This document shows positions 14,298 through 26,200 of a stretch of 54,854 nt of DNA, piece by piece (the first letter of the stretch is position 1; each line of letters starts with the position of its first letter). The notes beneath the pieces are model-generated. The model was not told the DNA's origin. It saw only the letters and a program-made list of their open reading frames with translations, and did no database searches. This stretch comes from Caldilineales bacterium (GTDB taxonomy: Bacteria; Chloroflexota; Anaerolineae; Caldilineales; Caldilineaceae), in NCBI GenBank assembly GCA_038318235.1, contig JBBQBY010000001.1:1-54854 (forward strand). The letters run 5' to 3'. Made by a program: the position numbers and the translations under genes.

Positions 14298-17200
14298 CTA
14301 CTTGCCTTCGGTTTTTTTCTTTTTATTGAGCCGGTTGCGGCGGAACATGCCGACCAGAAGCACCAAACCAATCGGCAGCGTGACGTTATTGCAGATGCCT
14401 TTGCTGGCGCCGGCAAGACTGGGCAACTTGGCCGTGGTCGTGGGCAATTGGCTGCCACTGATATTCATCGTCGCCGTGACTGCCGCGGTCGCGGTTGTTG
14501 CTGGTATGCTATCCGTTTGATTGTGGGTGGCGGTTGTATCTTGTGTGTTCGTTACTTTAGATGCGCTCTGAATCGTGCCTTGCCCTTGCACTTCGAGCGT
14601 ACCGCTCACGCCAGTTGTGGCGCCCAGTGTGCCAGTGATCAGTTTGTCATTCGTAACCTCGCCGTTGCCTTTGTAATCACCAGAGAGCAGGGGCGCGGCC
14701 CAATAATAGGGGGCGCTCGATGTTGTCTGCTTCAACATATCGAGTTGGGCGTTGCGCAGAGCTTCCGCTGTGGTCTGCTTTTCGCGCAGATACTTATAGA
14801 AGGCGCTATATAATTTTACCGTAGCCGCATCTTCCACCGGCCAAAGCGTGCTGATCACTGCCGGTGCACCGGCATATTGCACGGCCCGGTTCAACTGAAT
14901 TATTTCGCTGCCCGTGTTGCGCGAATTGGTATCCGCCGCGCTGCGCGACAAGACAACCAGGTTGGCCTGCGCCAGATTCAGATTGAAGAAATCATGCGTT
15001 TCCAGATTGCCATCATCTTGCGCGTCTGGCGCCAGTTTGATCGTGGTGAAAAGTGGTTGGAATGGCTTATAGGTCGCCGGTGACGCAATATGCAAGATGT
15101 CTACTTGCGGCGCTTTGTCATTCACCTGGAGTTTGGTGGCCTCTTTGCCAATGATCGCCGTCGCCCCATACAGCTTTGCCACCGCCTGCAATTCCTGCTT
15201 GGCAAAGTTGAGTGAATTATCCACATCGCCCACGGCCAACATCCGCCCCGTGTCGGCATTGCGTTTGCCAATCGCATAGCGCAACGCACTAGCGCTTGGC
15301 GCATAGCTGATCGCGAAATCCTCGACCAGATAACGTTTGTGGGCCGCATCATACAACCCCGCGAAGGGTAGATATTCCAAGATGCCTTGCGGCACAATCA
15401 CCAAATTGCTATGCCGGATATAGGGCCGGATCGGGACAATCAGACGACTATACAGATCGGCGTTCTCGGTGACTTGGGCGGTCGGATTGGCCATCTTTGT
15501 GCGCAGGGCGGTCACAAAACGGATCAACTCATTGCCCGTCACGTCGAGCGGCACCAGCACGTCACGATCTTGATCCACCACCCAGGCGATTGAGGTCTTG
15601 CGTAAGATAAAGAAGGTGACCAGCGTTGTATGGCTGTCCAATACGCTTTTCTTGAGTTGTTCCAAGCTGATCGCGTCAATGCCGATCAGCGAAGCATATT
15701 CTGGGTTGCTCTGTTTCAGTTGGGTCACTACTTGTTGATACTGCACGCTGGCAGTTTTGGTCGCTTCGCCCAATTGATTGAGCAACGCCTGATTTTGCTG
15801 GTCAGCCGGTTTCAGATGTTCCGCATCCAGGGCCCGTTGCGAACCAACCAGTTGTTGGCGCAACGTCTGCTCCTGCTTGATGATATCGGGTGTTGTAGCG
15901 GCGCGGAAATCGATCCACGGATTGGCGTTTTTGTCGAGCGAGGCGCGTGAGCGAGCTTGTTCCATATAATTGAAGGCATCATCATAGCGCTTCTGTTTCC
16001 AGAGCAAATTGACCAGGCGCTGATAGCTTTCCGTCTGCACAACATTGGTCTGGACAATCGCGACTGCTTGCTGATAGCTGCTGATGGCCTGCACCACGTC
16101 GCCTTTCGCTTCCTGCGCCATCCCCATTCCCGCCAGACTTTCGCTCTCTTCCGACTTATCACCAATCCGGCGTACGATTTCCAGCGCCTGGCGGAACGGT
16201 TCCAATGCCTTATCGAATTGGAGAATATTCAGGTAGACGGCCCCGATCTCATTCTGAGTGGCGCCCTCGGTGCTTTGATCGCCGATCTCCTTGGCAATTG
16301 TCAACGCTTGCTGGAATTGTTCCAGTGCTAAGTCATTTTGACCGGTGTCACGGTAGACTTTGCCCAAATTAACCAGAATGCGTTCTTTCACCGCTTTGTT
16401 ATCCATTTCATCGGTGATTTTTAACGCCTTTTGATAGGTGTCCTGGGCTTCCTGTGAGCGATCGAGATCGTTAAGGACAATGCCAACATTGTTAAGCGCC
16501 AAGGCTTCACCAATCTTGTCACCCAGTTTCTGCTGCGCCGCCAACGCCTGTTGATAGAAGGCCAACGCCGAATCATGTTGTTGGAACGCCCGGTAGGTGC
16601 GGCCCAACCCCGTATACGTTTCAGCAGCCAGGGCCAGATTGCCCATTTGCGTCACCAGGGCCGAAGCTTGTTGATAGGCAGCTAGGGCCTTTTCATAATC
16701 ACTCATGAGCAGATAGGTGGTACCCAATTGATTGAACGTCGCCACGACACCGGCATTATCTTTGGCGTCTTGATAAAGCTTGAGTGCCTGTTTGTAAGCC
16801 GGCAGCGCCTGATCAAAGCGTCCAATCTCACTATAAGCGGCGCCGATGCCGCTCAGGGTTTGTGCCGCCCCGGTCTGGTCGCCCGCGGCTTGCGAGATCT
16901 TGAGCGCTGCTTGATAGAATTTGAACACTTGATCATATTGACCCTGCACTCGGTAGAGCAAGCCCATATTATAGTTAGTCGTGGCGATTAGCATTTGATT
17001 GTTGCTGCTCTCGGCGCTGGCCAAGATCTTTTGATAGGCGGCAATCGCCTGGTCCAGCTGGCCCATGTCGCCGTACGCACCGCCGATGTTGGCTAAAGTC
17101 GCCTGTTCGAGCGGCTTATCGCCAAGTTCCTGCGCGATGGCGATCACTTGTTGATAGCTTTCCAGCGCTTTGGCGGGCTGGCCTGCTTTGCGATAAAGGC

Positions 17201-20200
17201 TACCCAGATTATTCTGCGCTTGGCCTTCCAACTTCCGATCCTTGGCCTTCTGCGCCAGCGCCAACACCTGTTCATAGCTTTCTCGCGCCTTATCCGCCTG
17301 CCCGGCGTTGCTATACAACTCACCCAAGTTACTCAATACTTCGGCTTGCAGGGTGGGATTGCCGCTATCCTGCACAATTTTCAACACTTGTTGATAGGTT
17401 TCCAGCGCCTTAGCCGTCTGCTTTAAGTCGCGATAGATGCGGGCGCTGTTGGTCAGGGCACTCATTTCCATCGCCCCGTCCTTGCTTTCGCGGGCGATTA
17501 CTAATGTCTTCTGATAGGCATCCAATGCTTGCTGCGGCTGGTTTAAGCGGCGATAGAGTTGCCCCAAATTGTCCAGCGCGGCGCCTTCCAACACCCGATC
17601 GGCCATTTGTTGCGCCATAATCAACGCCTGTTGGAAGAGTTCTCTGGCTTGGTCATATTGGCCTTGCGCCAACTCGATACCGCCCAGGCCATTGAGCGCT
17701 GTATAAATCAGCGCTTTGTCGCCGATACTCCGGGCGCCGTCTAGGGCTTTCTGATAGGCAGCTTGGGCTGGCCCGACCTGTTTTGCCGTCACATAGACTT
17801 TGCCCAGCTCGATATAGGCGGCGTTGGTCACACTCTGGTTATTCATCTGCCCACCAAGCGTCACCACCTGCTGGTACGTCGCCACTGCCTTATCCATCTG
17901 GCCCGCATCGCGATAGGTGCGTCCTATCCGGGTCAAGGCATCGGCTTGTAAGGCATTGTCTTGCAAGGTTTGGGCCAACTTGAGACCATGCTCATACGCT
18001 TCCAACGCCTGATCATAGCGGTTGGTATTTTGATAGAGCCGGCCTAGGTTAACGAACACTTCAAATTGTAAATTCTGGGCAGTGGGCGCGCTGGCCAATG
18101 CCTGGGCCAGCACTAACGCCTTTTGAAAGGCATCCTGGGCCTGATCTGGTTTGGCCAGGGTGGTGTAAAGCTTACCCAGTTCACTAAGCGTTTCCGCCTG
18201 CGATTGTTTGTTGTCGACCTTTTGGGCCACGGCGAGGGCCTTCTGATAAGCTTCTACGGCTTTCTCCGGTTGCCCTGAATCGCGATAGATGTTAGCCATA
18301 TTCGCCAACGTCTCGTCCTGCAAGCCGAGGTCACCCAGTTGTTGGGCGATCTGGAGGGCCTGATCAAACTTGCGCTGGGCATTGTAAATCTGGCTAATGT
18401 TGCCCAAGATATTGATTTCGGCTGGATGGTCTTTGGCCTTTTGGGCCAGCGCCAAAGCCGATTGATAGCTTGTCAACGCTTGATCATATTGCTGCGCACT
18501 CTGTTGGACCGCACCGATATTTTCGAGAACGGTGGTCTGCAATTTGATGTCGTTGAGTGCCTGGGCAATCGGCAAAGCGGCGGCAAAGGCATGCAACGCT
18601 TCAGTCGGCTTTTGCAAGCCAATCAGCGTCTTGCCCAATTCCACATAGACGGCGCCTTCAAGCGCTTGATTCTTACTCGTCACGGCAATCGTCAGCGCCG
18701 CACTATCGCTAATTTGCGCTTGGTCGAATTGCCCCAGTGCCCGATAGACGCGACCGATATTGGCTAACGCTTGACCTTCTGCCGCCTGATTGCCCGCCTC
18801 ACGCGCCAGGGTGAGGGCTTGTTGGTAGGGCTCCAGCGCCTTGTCGAACTGGCCGGCGTTGCGGAAGGTCTCCCCCATAGCGTTTAAGACCGCGTCTTCT
18901 AACTTAAAATCCCCCAACTGTTGCGCAATGGCAAGTGCCTGCTCAAACTGGCCCAAATTGCGATAGACATTGCCGACTTTGAGCGTGAGCGTATTGACGA
19001 GCTTGGTATTACCGCTGGTTTCGGCCAGCGTTACCCCTGCTTGATACGCCGCTAGCGCCTTATCGTTTTGCTGCAACGCCGTATACACCTCGCCGATGCT
19101 GTCGAAGATCATCGGCTGCCATTGCGGGTCAATTTGCGCATCACAGGCCGCGGTCTGGTTGGACAACCCCTGGACCAAGGTCAAAGCCTGCTGGTAGCTG
19201 GCGAGTGCTTCCGTGTACTTTTGCCCCGTTTTGTAGAACTCACCCAATCCATCGCGCACCATGGCTTCGAGCACGCGGTTGCTGCTCTGCTGGGCCAGGG
19301 TTAAGGCCGTTTGATAGGACTGCAAGGCGGGATCGTTCTGGCCGAGCGCTTGTTGGGCCGCGCCCAGGGCGATTAATGTTTTGCCTTCTAAGTCTGGCAG
19401 CGTTAATTGGCGGGCCAGTACAAGGGCTTTAGTAAAACTTTGCACCGCTTGATCCTGTTTGCCCAAACTGCTATAGGCTTTGCCTTGCTCAAGCAGGGTC
19501 TTGGCTTCCAGCATATGGTCGGTCAACGCCTGCGCCAGCGTGAGCGCTTCGGCAAACGTTGCCAACGACTGATCCAATTGGCCGGCATCGCGATAGACTT
19601 TGGCGATTTCGGCCACCAACTGTCCTTCCCGCGCGGGATTCTTGGCCTGTTGGGCAAGCGCGCGCGCTTGTTGATAGGCTTTCAAGGCGGCATCATATTC
19701 GCCCAAATCACGGTTGGCATGACCAATCGTGGTGAGGGCTTCACCCTGCAATTTGGGATCCTTCAAGGCTTGCGCAATCGCCAATGCCTGTTGGGCAGGT
19801 GCTAATACTTGGTCTATTTGACCCAGCGCCTGTCGTAGACGGCTCACGGCGGCCAGGGTTGCGCCTTCTAGCGCCCGTAATTTGAAAGCCTGCGCGATCC
19901 GGAGCGCCTCTTGGTAGGCACTGAGCGCATCATTACACTGGCCTAAATTTTCCTGCAAAGCACCCATGCTCGCCAACGTGTTGGCTTCACCCGCGTGATC
20001 AGATAGTCGCCGGGCCACCAAGCGTTCTTCGTCATAGGTCTGCAAGGCGTCCGCGGGTTTTTGCAACGCCACTTGTGTTTCGGCGATACTGTCCAGCGCG
20101 ATTTCTTGCAGCGCAAAATCGTCGAGCGTTTTGCCAATCGCCAGTGCATCCTGGTAGAACTTGAGCGCCTGGTCAAACTGGTTTTGGGCCCGATTGATAT

Positions 20201-23200
20201 CGCCAAGGTGCGCTAGCGCCTTGCTTTCCGCCGCGCGATTGCCAGATTCGCGGGCGAACGCCAACCCTTGATTAAATGCTTCCACAGCCTGATCGCTCAA
20301 GCCCTGGGCAAGATAGATGCGGCCAATGTTGTCGAGTGCTGTCGCCTTTAACTTAGCATCGTTCACTTGATCGCTCAGGGTAATCGCGCGCTGATAAGCG
20401 GTGAGGGCTTGGTCATACCGCTTCAACTCACGATAAGCGTTACCGGCGTTGACCAGGCTCTCGCTCTCCATCGCGGCATTTTTGGTCTGTTGCGCCAATT
20501 GCCGTGCTTGCTCGAATTGGGCCACCGCCTGGTCGAATTTCTGTGTATCGCGATAGAGTTTACCAATTTCCAGCAATGTATTCGCCTGCGCATTGTTATC
20601 TTTCAACTGCTGGAATAACGCCAGCGCTTTCTGATAGGCCGCCATACCTTTGTCGGTCTGGCCTTGTACCCGATAAAGTGCGCCCAACTCGTTCCAAGTC
20701 TGACCTTGCAAATTGAGATCCTTGATCGTCAGCGCAATCGTCAGGGTAGTTGTAAAGGCCGTTTGTGCCTTGTCAAACTGGCCAAGCGCGCGATAGATGC
20801 GGCCCAAATTGGCTTGCGTACGCGCTTCCTGGGTCTTATCACCCGCCTTCTGTGCGCTGGCGAGTGCCTGTTGATAGGGTTCCAGCGCTTGTTCAAACTG
20901 GCCGGCATCGCGTAGATTGCGTCCCAAATCCTGTAATACGGCGTCTTCCAGGTCAACATCATTCAATTTTTGGGCTACGGCCAGCGCCTTCTCATAGTCG
21001 CCTTGCATGCGATACACATCGCCGACGCGGGCCGTGAGTTGATTCACCAAACTCAGATTGTTGAGGCGCTGGGCGACGACAAGCGCCTGTTGATAGGCCG
21101 CTAACGCCTGGTCAGCTTGGGTCAACGCCTGATAGGTCTGGCCAATGTCATCGAGAATTTTTGCTGCCCAAGCTGGATCGGTGGGGGCTGCACAGGTGAG
21201 TGCTGGGCTGCCCAGCGTGCGCACAACAGTCAACGCCTGCTGGTAGGCGCCAAGCGCTTGCGGCTCCTGCTGGCTGTTATGATAGAAGTCGCCCAAGCCC
21301 TGTTGCGCCTGCGCAGCTAAGACCTGGTCGTTATTCTTTTGGGCCAACGCCACCGCGCTTTGGTAAAATTGTAATCCTTGTTCGTCTTCATTGAGCGCCT
21401 GTGCTGTGCGCCCTAATTCGAGCAGCAAACTACCTTCTAAATTAGCGATTGCTTTATCATGGATAATGGCCAGCGCTTGGTTATAGTTTTGCTGCGCCAA
21501 ATCAAATTGACCCAACATCCGGTAGACTTTGCCAATTTCGATCAACAGCTTGGCTTGTAACGGGTAATCGCCAGTTGCTCGCGCCAGCGCCACTGCTTGG
21601 TCGAAACCGGATAATGCTGCCTCCAACTGCCCGGCGTCGCGCGTTACTTTGGCTGCTTCGGCGAGAATCTGCCCTTCTAATGCTTGATCCTTTAACGTGC
21701 GCGCCAATGCGCGCGCCTGCTCAAATGCTTGGCGGGCCTGGTCCAATTGGCCCAAATCGCGATAGGCTTTGCCAATCTCGACTAAGGTAAGGCCTTCCAA
21801 ATGCGCATCTTTTAACGATTGGGCAATCGCTAAAGCGGCTTGGTTGGTCTTTAAGACCGTATCGGCATGACCCAGCGCGCGGTTCAGCCGGCTGATTTCG
21901 TTGAGGGTTGCTCCTTGTAAGGGGCGCAACTCAAACTCCTGGGCCAGCGCCAGCGCATTCTGATAGGTGGTGATCGCTTGGTCGCATTGGCCAAATGCTT
22001 CCTGCGCCGCGCCCATGCTGACCATGATTTCGCCTTCGGCTTTATGGTCAGCCAAGCTTTGTGCCAGCAAACGGGCGTCATCGTAGGCTTGGAGCGCTTT
22101 GTCATATTCGTTGATCGCTTGATGCGCTTCGGCGGAACTAATCAAGGCCAGCTGTTCCAATGGTTGATTGTTTAGTTCGCGCGCGATCGCGAGTGCATCG
22201 TCATAGAACTCTAGCGCACGGTCATTCTGATTTTGGTCATGATGGAGTTTGCCTATGCGTACCAATAGACGACCTTCGGCCTGTTGATCATTCGCCTTGC
22301 GGGCCAGTGCTAACACTGCTTTATAGGTCTCCAGCGCGCGGTCAACGCGCTGTAAGGCGAGGTAGACCCGACCCACATTCTCCAGCACGCGTGCTTGCAA
22401 GGCGATCCCAGCGGTGTCGCTTGGTTTCCCAATCACTTTCTGTGCGGCTTGGAAACTTTGCAGCGCCTGTTCATATTGCGTCAAGTCCCGATAATTGATG
22501 CCGATGGCCAATAACACTTCGCCTAACAAGGTCGCGTTATCCGGCCCTGTCGCCAACTTTTGCGCGGCTTGATATTGGGGCAACGCCTGGCTGAACTGAC
22601 CCATATCGCTGTAGACATGGCCGATTTCGAGCAAGACATTCGCCTGGCCTGTGCCATCTTTAATTTTTTGGAACTGGGCCAACGCCTGTTGATAGGCGCC
22701 CAAACTCTCTTCAAATTTCGCTTGGTCACGCTTCAGGCCGCCGATCTCTTCAAAGGTTTGCGCCAATCCATTGGTGTCGGTTAGCGTCTGGGCCAGCGTC
22801 AGCGCGGCTGTGAAGGCGCGATCGGCCTGGTCATAATTGGCTTGCGTCCGCTCAATGCGCCCGATATTAACCAGGGTTTGGCTTTGCAGGATGCGATCTC
22901 CGCTGGTCTGGGCTTTGGCGAGGATCTTTTGATAGGCGGCCAGCGCCTGTGCGTATTGACCGGCATCGCGCAAGCTGCGTGCTAGCGCGGCCTGCACCTC
23001 ATCTTCAAAGGCGACATCGCCCAGTTGTTGGGCAATGCTCAGCGCCTGATCAAATTTGCCGGTCAGGCGATAGATCTTGCCAATACTCTTTTGCAGGTTG
23101 GCCGCCCAGGTTGGATCAATCGCCGCTACGGCGCAGGTCGCCGACGTTGCCGCGGCCGGCGTAACAACGGCCCCTGGCGCCAGCGTCTGCACAATGCTCA

Positions 23201-26200
23201 GCGCCTGTTGATAGGCGCTCAAGGCCTGATCGAACTGATTGGCCGTGCGATAGAAATCCCCTAAGCCTTGTTGCGTCTGGGCTTCCAACTTGCGATCCCC
23301 CTGCTTTTGCGCCAAGGCCAGGGCGGCCAGATAGGCTTGTTGGCTTTGGGCCGCTTGGCCTGCCGCCTGATTCACCGCACCGATGGCTAAGAGGAGCGCG
23401 CCTTCCAGGTTCGGCACAGGAGCCGTGCGGACCAGGGTCAGGGCCTGGGTATAACTTTGCAAGGCTAGATCAAATTTGCCCGTTTCTGCCTGAAATTTAC
23501 CTGTTGCCACGATCATGTTGGCGAGGATCGTTTGATTGCCCAAAGTGCTAGCCAGTGAGATGGCCGATTGATAGGCTGTAAGCGCCAGATCCAACTGGCC
23601 TGCACTCTGATAGGCTTTGGCAGTCTCGGCGACGATCTGAATTTCCAGTGGATGGTTTCTGGTCTGTTGCGCCAGCTCACGTGCTTTGGTCAAACTTTGG
23701 ATCGCTTGGTCATTTTGGCCCAAGGCATAATAGGCGCGGCCTATCTCAACTAGCGCCTGGCTCTCCATGGTCTGATCTTTGATCGTTTGGGCTAGTTTTA
23801 GCGCTTGCTGCGCGGACACAAGCACTTGATCGGCCTGGCCCAACCGCCGTTGCAGTTGACTCAAGTCCGTCAATGCTTCGCCTTCTAAACTGTGCAAACC
23901 CAGTTCACGCGCCACCGCCAATGCTTGGTGGTAGGCGGTAGCCGCATTATTACATTGACCCAAGACTTCCTGGGTTTCGCCAATGCTGATCAAGAGGTTG
24001 CCCTCAGCATTGTGATCGCCCAGATCCTGCGTCAGTTGTAGCGCATCGTTAAAGTCGTCTAAGGCTGCCTGATTCTCATTCAAGGCGCGATGCACCAAGG
24101 CCGAACCCTTGAGCGCAATCTGTTCCAACGCCTGGCTACCCAATGCCTGAGCCACGGTCAATGCATCCTCGTAGAAACGCAACGAACGTTCGGGTTGCCC
24201 AAACTGACGATAGACATCGCCGATGTGCACCAGCGTGCGCCCTTCTAACGGATGATCGCCGGATTTTTTTGCTAGCGCCAACACTTGTTGATAAGCGTCT
24301 AACGCCCGTCGATCTTGTTGTAAGGCCAGATAGACGCGCCCAATGTTGTCGTAGACGTTGCTGGTGGCGGCGTCATCGTTGGTCGTCAGGATCAATTTCA
24401 ATGCGGCCTGGAAGGACTCTAAGGCCTGATCATATTTGGTCAACTGGCGATAGGTGATGCCAATATTGACCAAGATTTCGCTGGCCACGCGCGGATTATC
24501 CGCCGTTTTGACCAGTGTCTGCGCCGCTTGATATTGCCCCAAGGCCTGGTCAAATTGCCCTAGCGCTCGGTAGACATTACCAAGCGCCAGCAACGTGTCG
24601 GCTTGCGAATTCGCATCGTTGATCTGCTTGAAGAGGGCCAATGCCTGCTGATAGGCCGCCACTCCAGCCGCAGACTGGCCCAAAGCTTGGTAAGCCGCGC
24701 CGATTTTCGCCTGGGCCGTGGCCGCCATGTTGGTGTTCTTCAATGCCTGGGCAACGGTTAATGCCTTCGTAAAGAGCGCCAACGCTTTGTCAGATTGACC
24801 AAGGTCTTGGTAAATATCCCCAATATCTTCGTAGATGCTGCCTTTGCTGGTCTGGTCGGCCAGTTGGTCAGCCGTCGCTAGCGCCTTATCATATTGGCCA
24901 AGGTCACGGTAGACTTTGGCCAGCGCACCACGTAAGCTAGTTGCGAACTCTGAGTTCTTTAATTCCAGGGCAATCACCAGCGCTTTTTCATAGGGGTCAA
25001 CCGCTTGATCGTTATGCCCCTGCGCCCGGTAGGTGCCGCCTAGCCCGTCGAGGGCTTGCGCTTCTAGACCGCGCTGCCCAAACTGGCGCGTATTGGATAG
25101 CGCCGTCTGGAAGGTCGCCAACGACTGTTCATATTGGCCCAATTGGCGCTGCGAAAAACCGATGTCCATCAAGATTTCGCTGACGCCTTCGTTGTCTTTC
25201 AATTGCTGCGCATCGGTGAGCGCTTCTTGATACAAGACCAAGGCTTTTTCGTGCTCGTCCAGTTCACGGTGGACGCGTCCTTCGTCGAGCAGGATTTCGC
25301 CGACGACTTCCAGATTTTTTGTCGCCCGCGCAATCGTCAATGCCTTGTCGTAGTGGGCGAGTGCTTCGGGGAATTTGCGCAGTTGGCGATAAATCGCGCC
25401 AATTGCAAAGAGGGTGTCACTTTTTAATTCTTGATTATCGAGCTTTTCGCCCACCGCCAGCGCTTGTTGATAGGTGGCGAGCGCCTGATCAAATTGTTCC
25501 TGGTCGCGATAGACCATACCCGTGTCGGCGAGCACTTTGCCTTCCAGCGTAAAGTCTTCGATCGTGCTACAAGTCGGTGCGCTGAGCCCCAGGCGGGCGA
25601 TGTTGGCGCGTGCCAGGCGCAATGATTCCGCATAGGATTGCAAGGCTTGCGCATATTGCTTGGTCAGCCGCTGTACTTCGCCCATGTTGCTAAAGGCGAT
25701 GGCTTGCAGCCCCAGATCATCGATCGCCTGGGCAATCGCCAGCGCCTTTTGATCGGCATCCAGCGCCTGGTCATACTTGCCCAGATCGCGATAGGCGCGC
25801 CCCATGCCCGAATAAATTTCAAATTCCAACACCCGATCACCGGTCTTTTGCACCAGCACCAGGGCCTTTTGATAAGGATCAAGTGCGGCATCATATTGGC
25901 CAGATTCGCGATAAGCCCCACCTTCGCCGGCCAGCGCTTCGGCCTGCATCAGAATTAAGTTTAATTCCTGGCCAATCACCAATCCAGCCTTATATTCGTC
26001 CAGCGCTTTCTCATACTCGCCAGAACTGCGCAAGGAATCACCTAGATAGATATGACCGTTGCCTTCGAGTTCACGGGCTTTAATCGTTTGTGCAATCTGG
26101 ATCGATTCGCGAAAGGCAAGCTGTGACTGATCGAATTGACCGACCAGATCATCCATGTGGCCCACGCCAAATAACGCCCTGGCCAGCGCCAAGTTATCAT

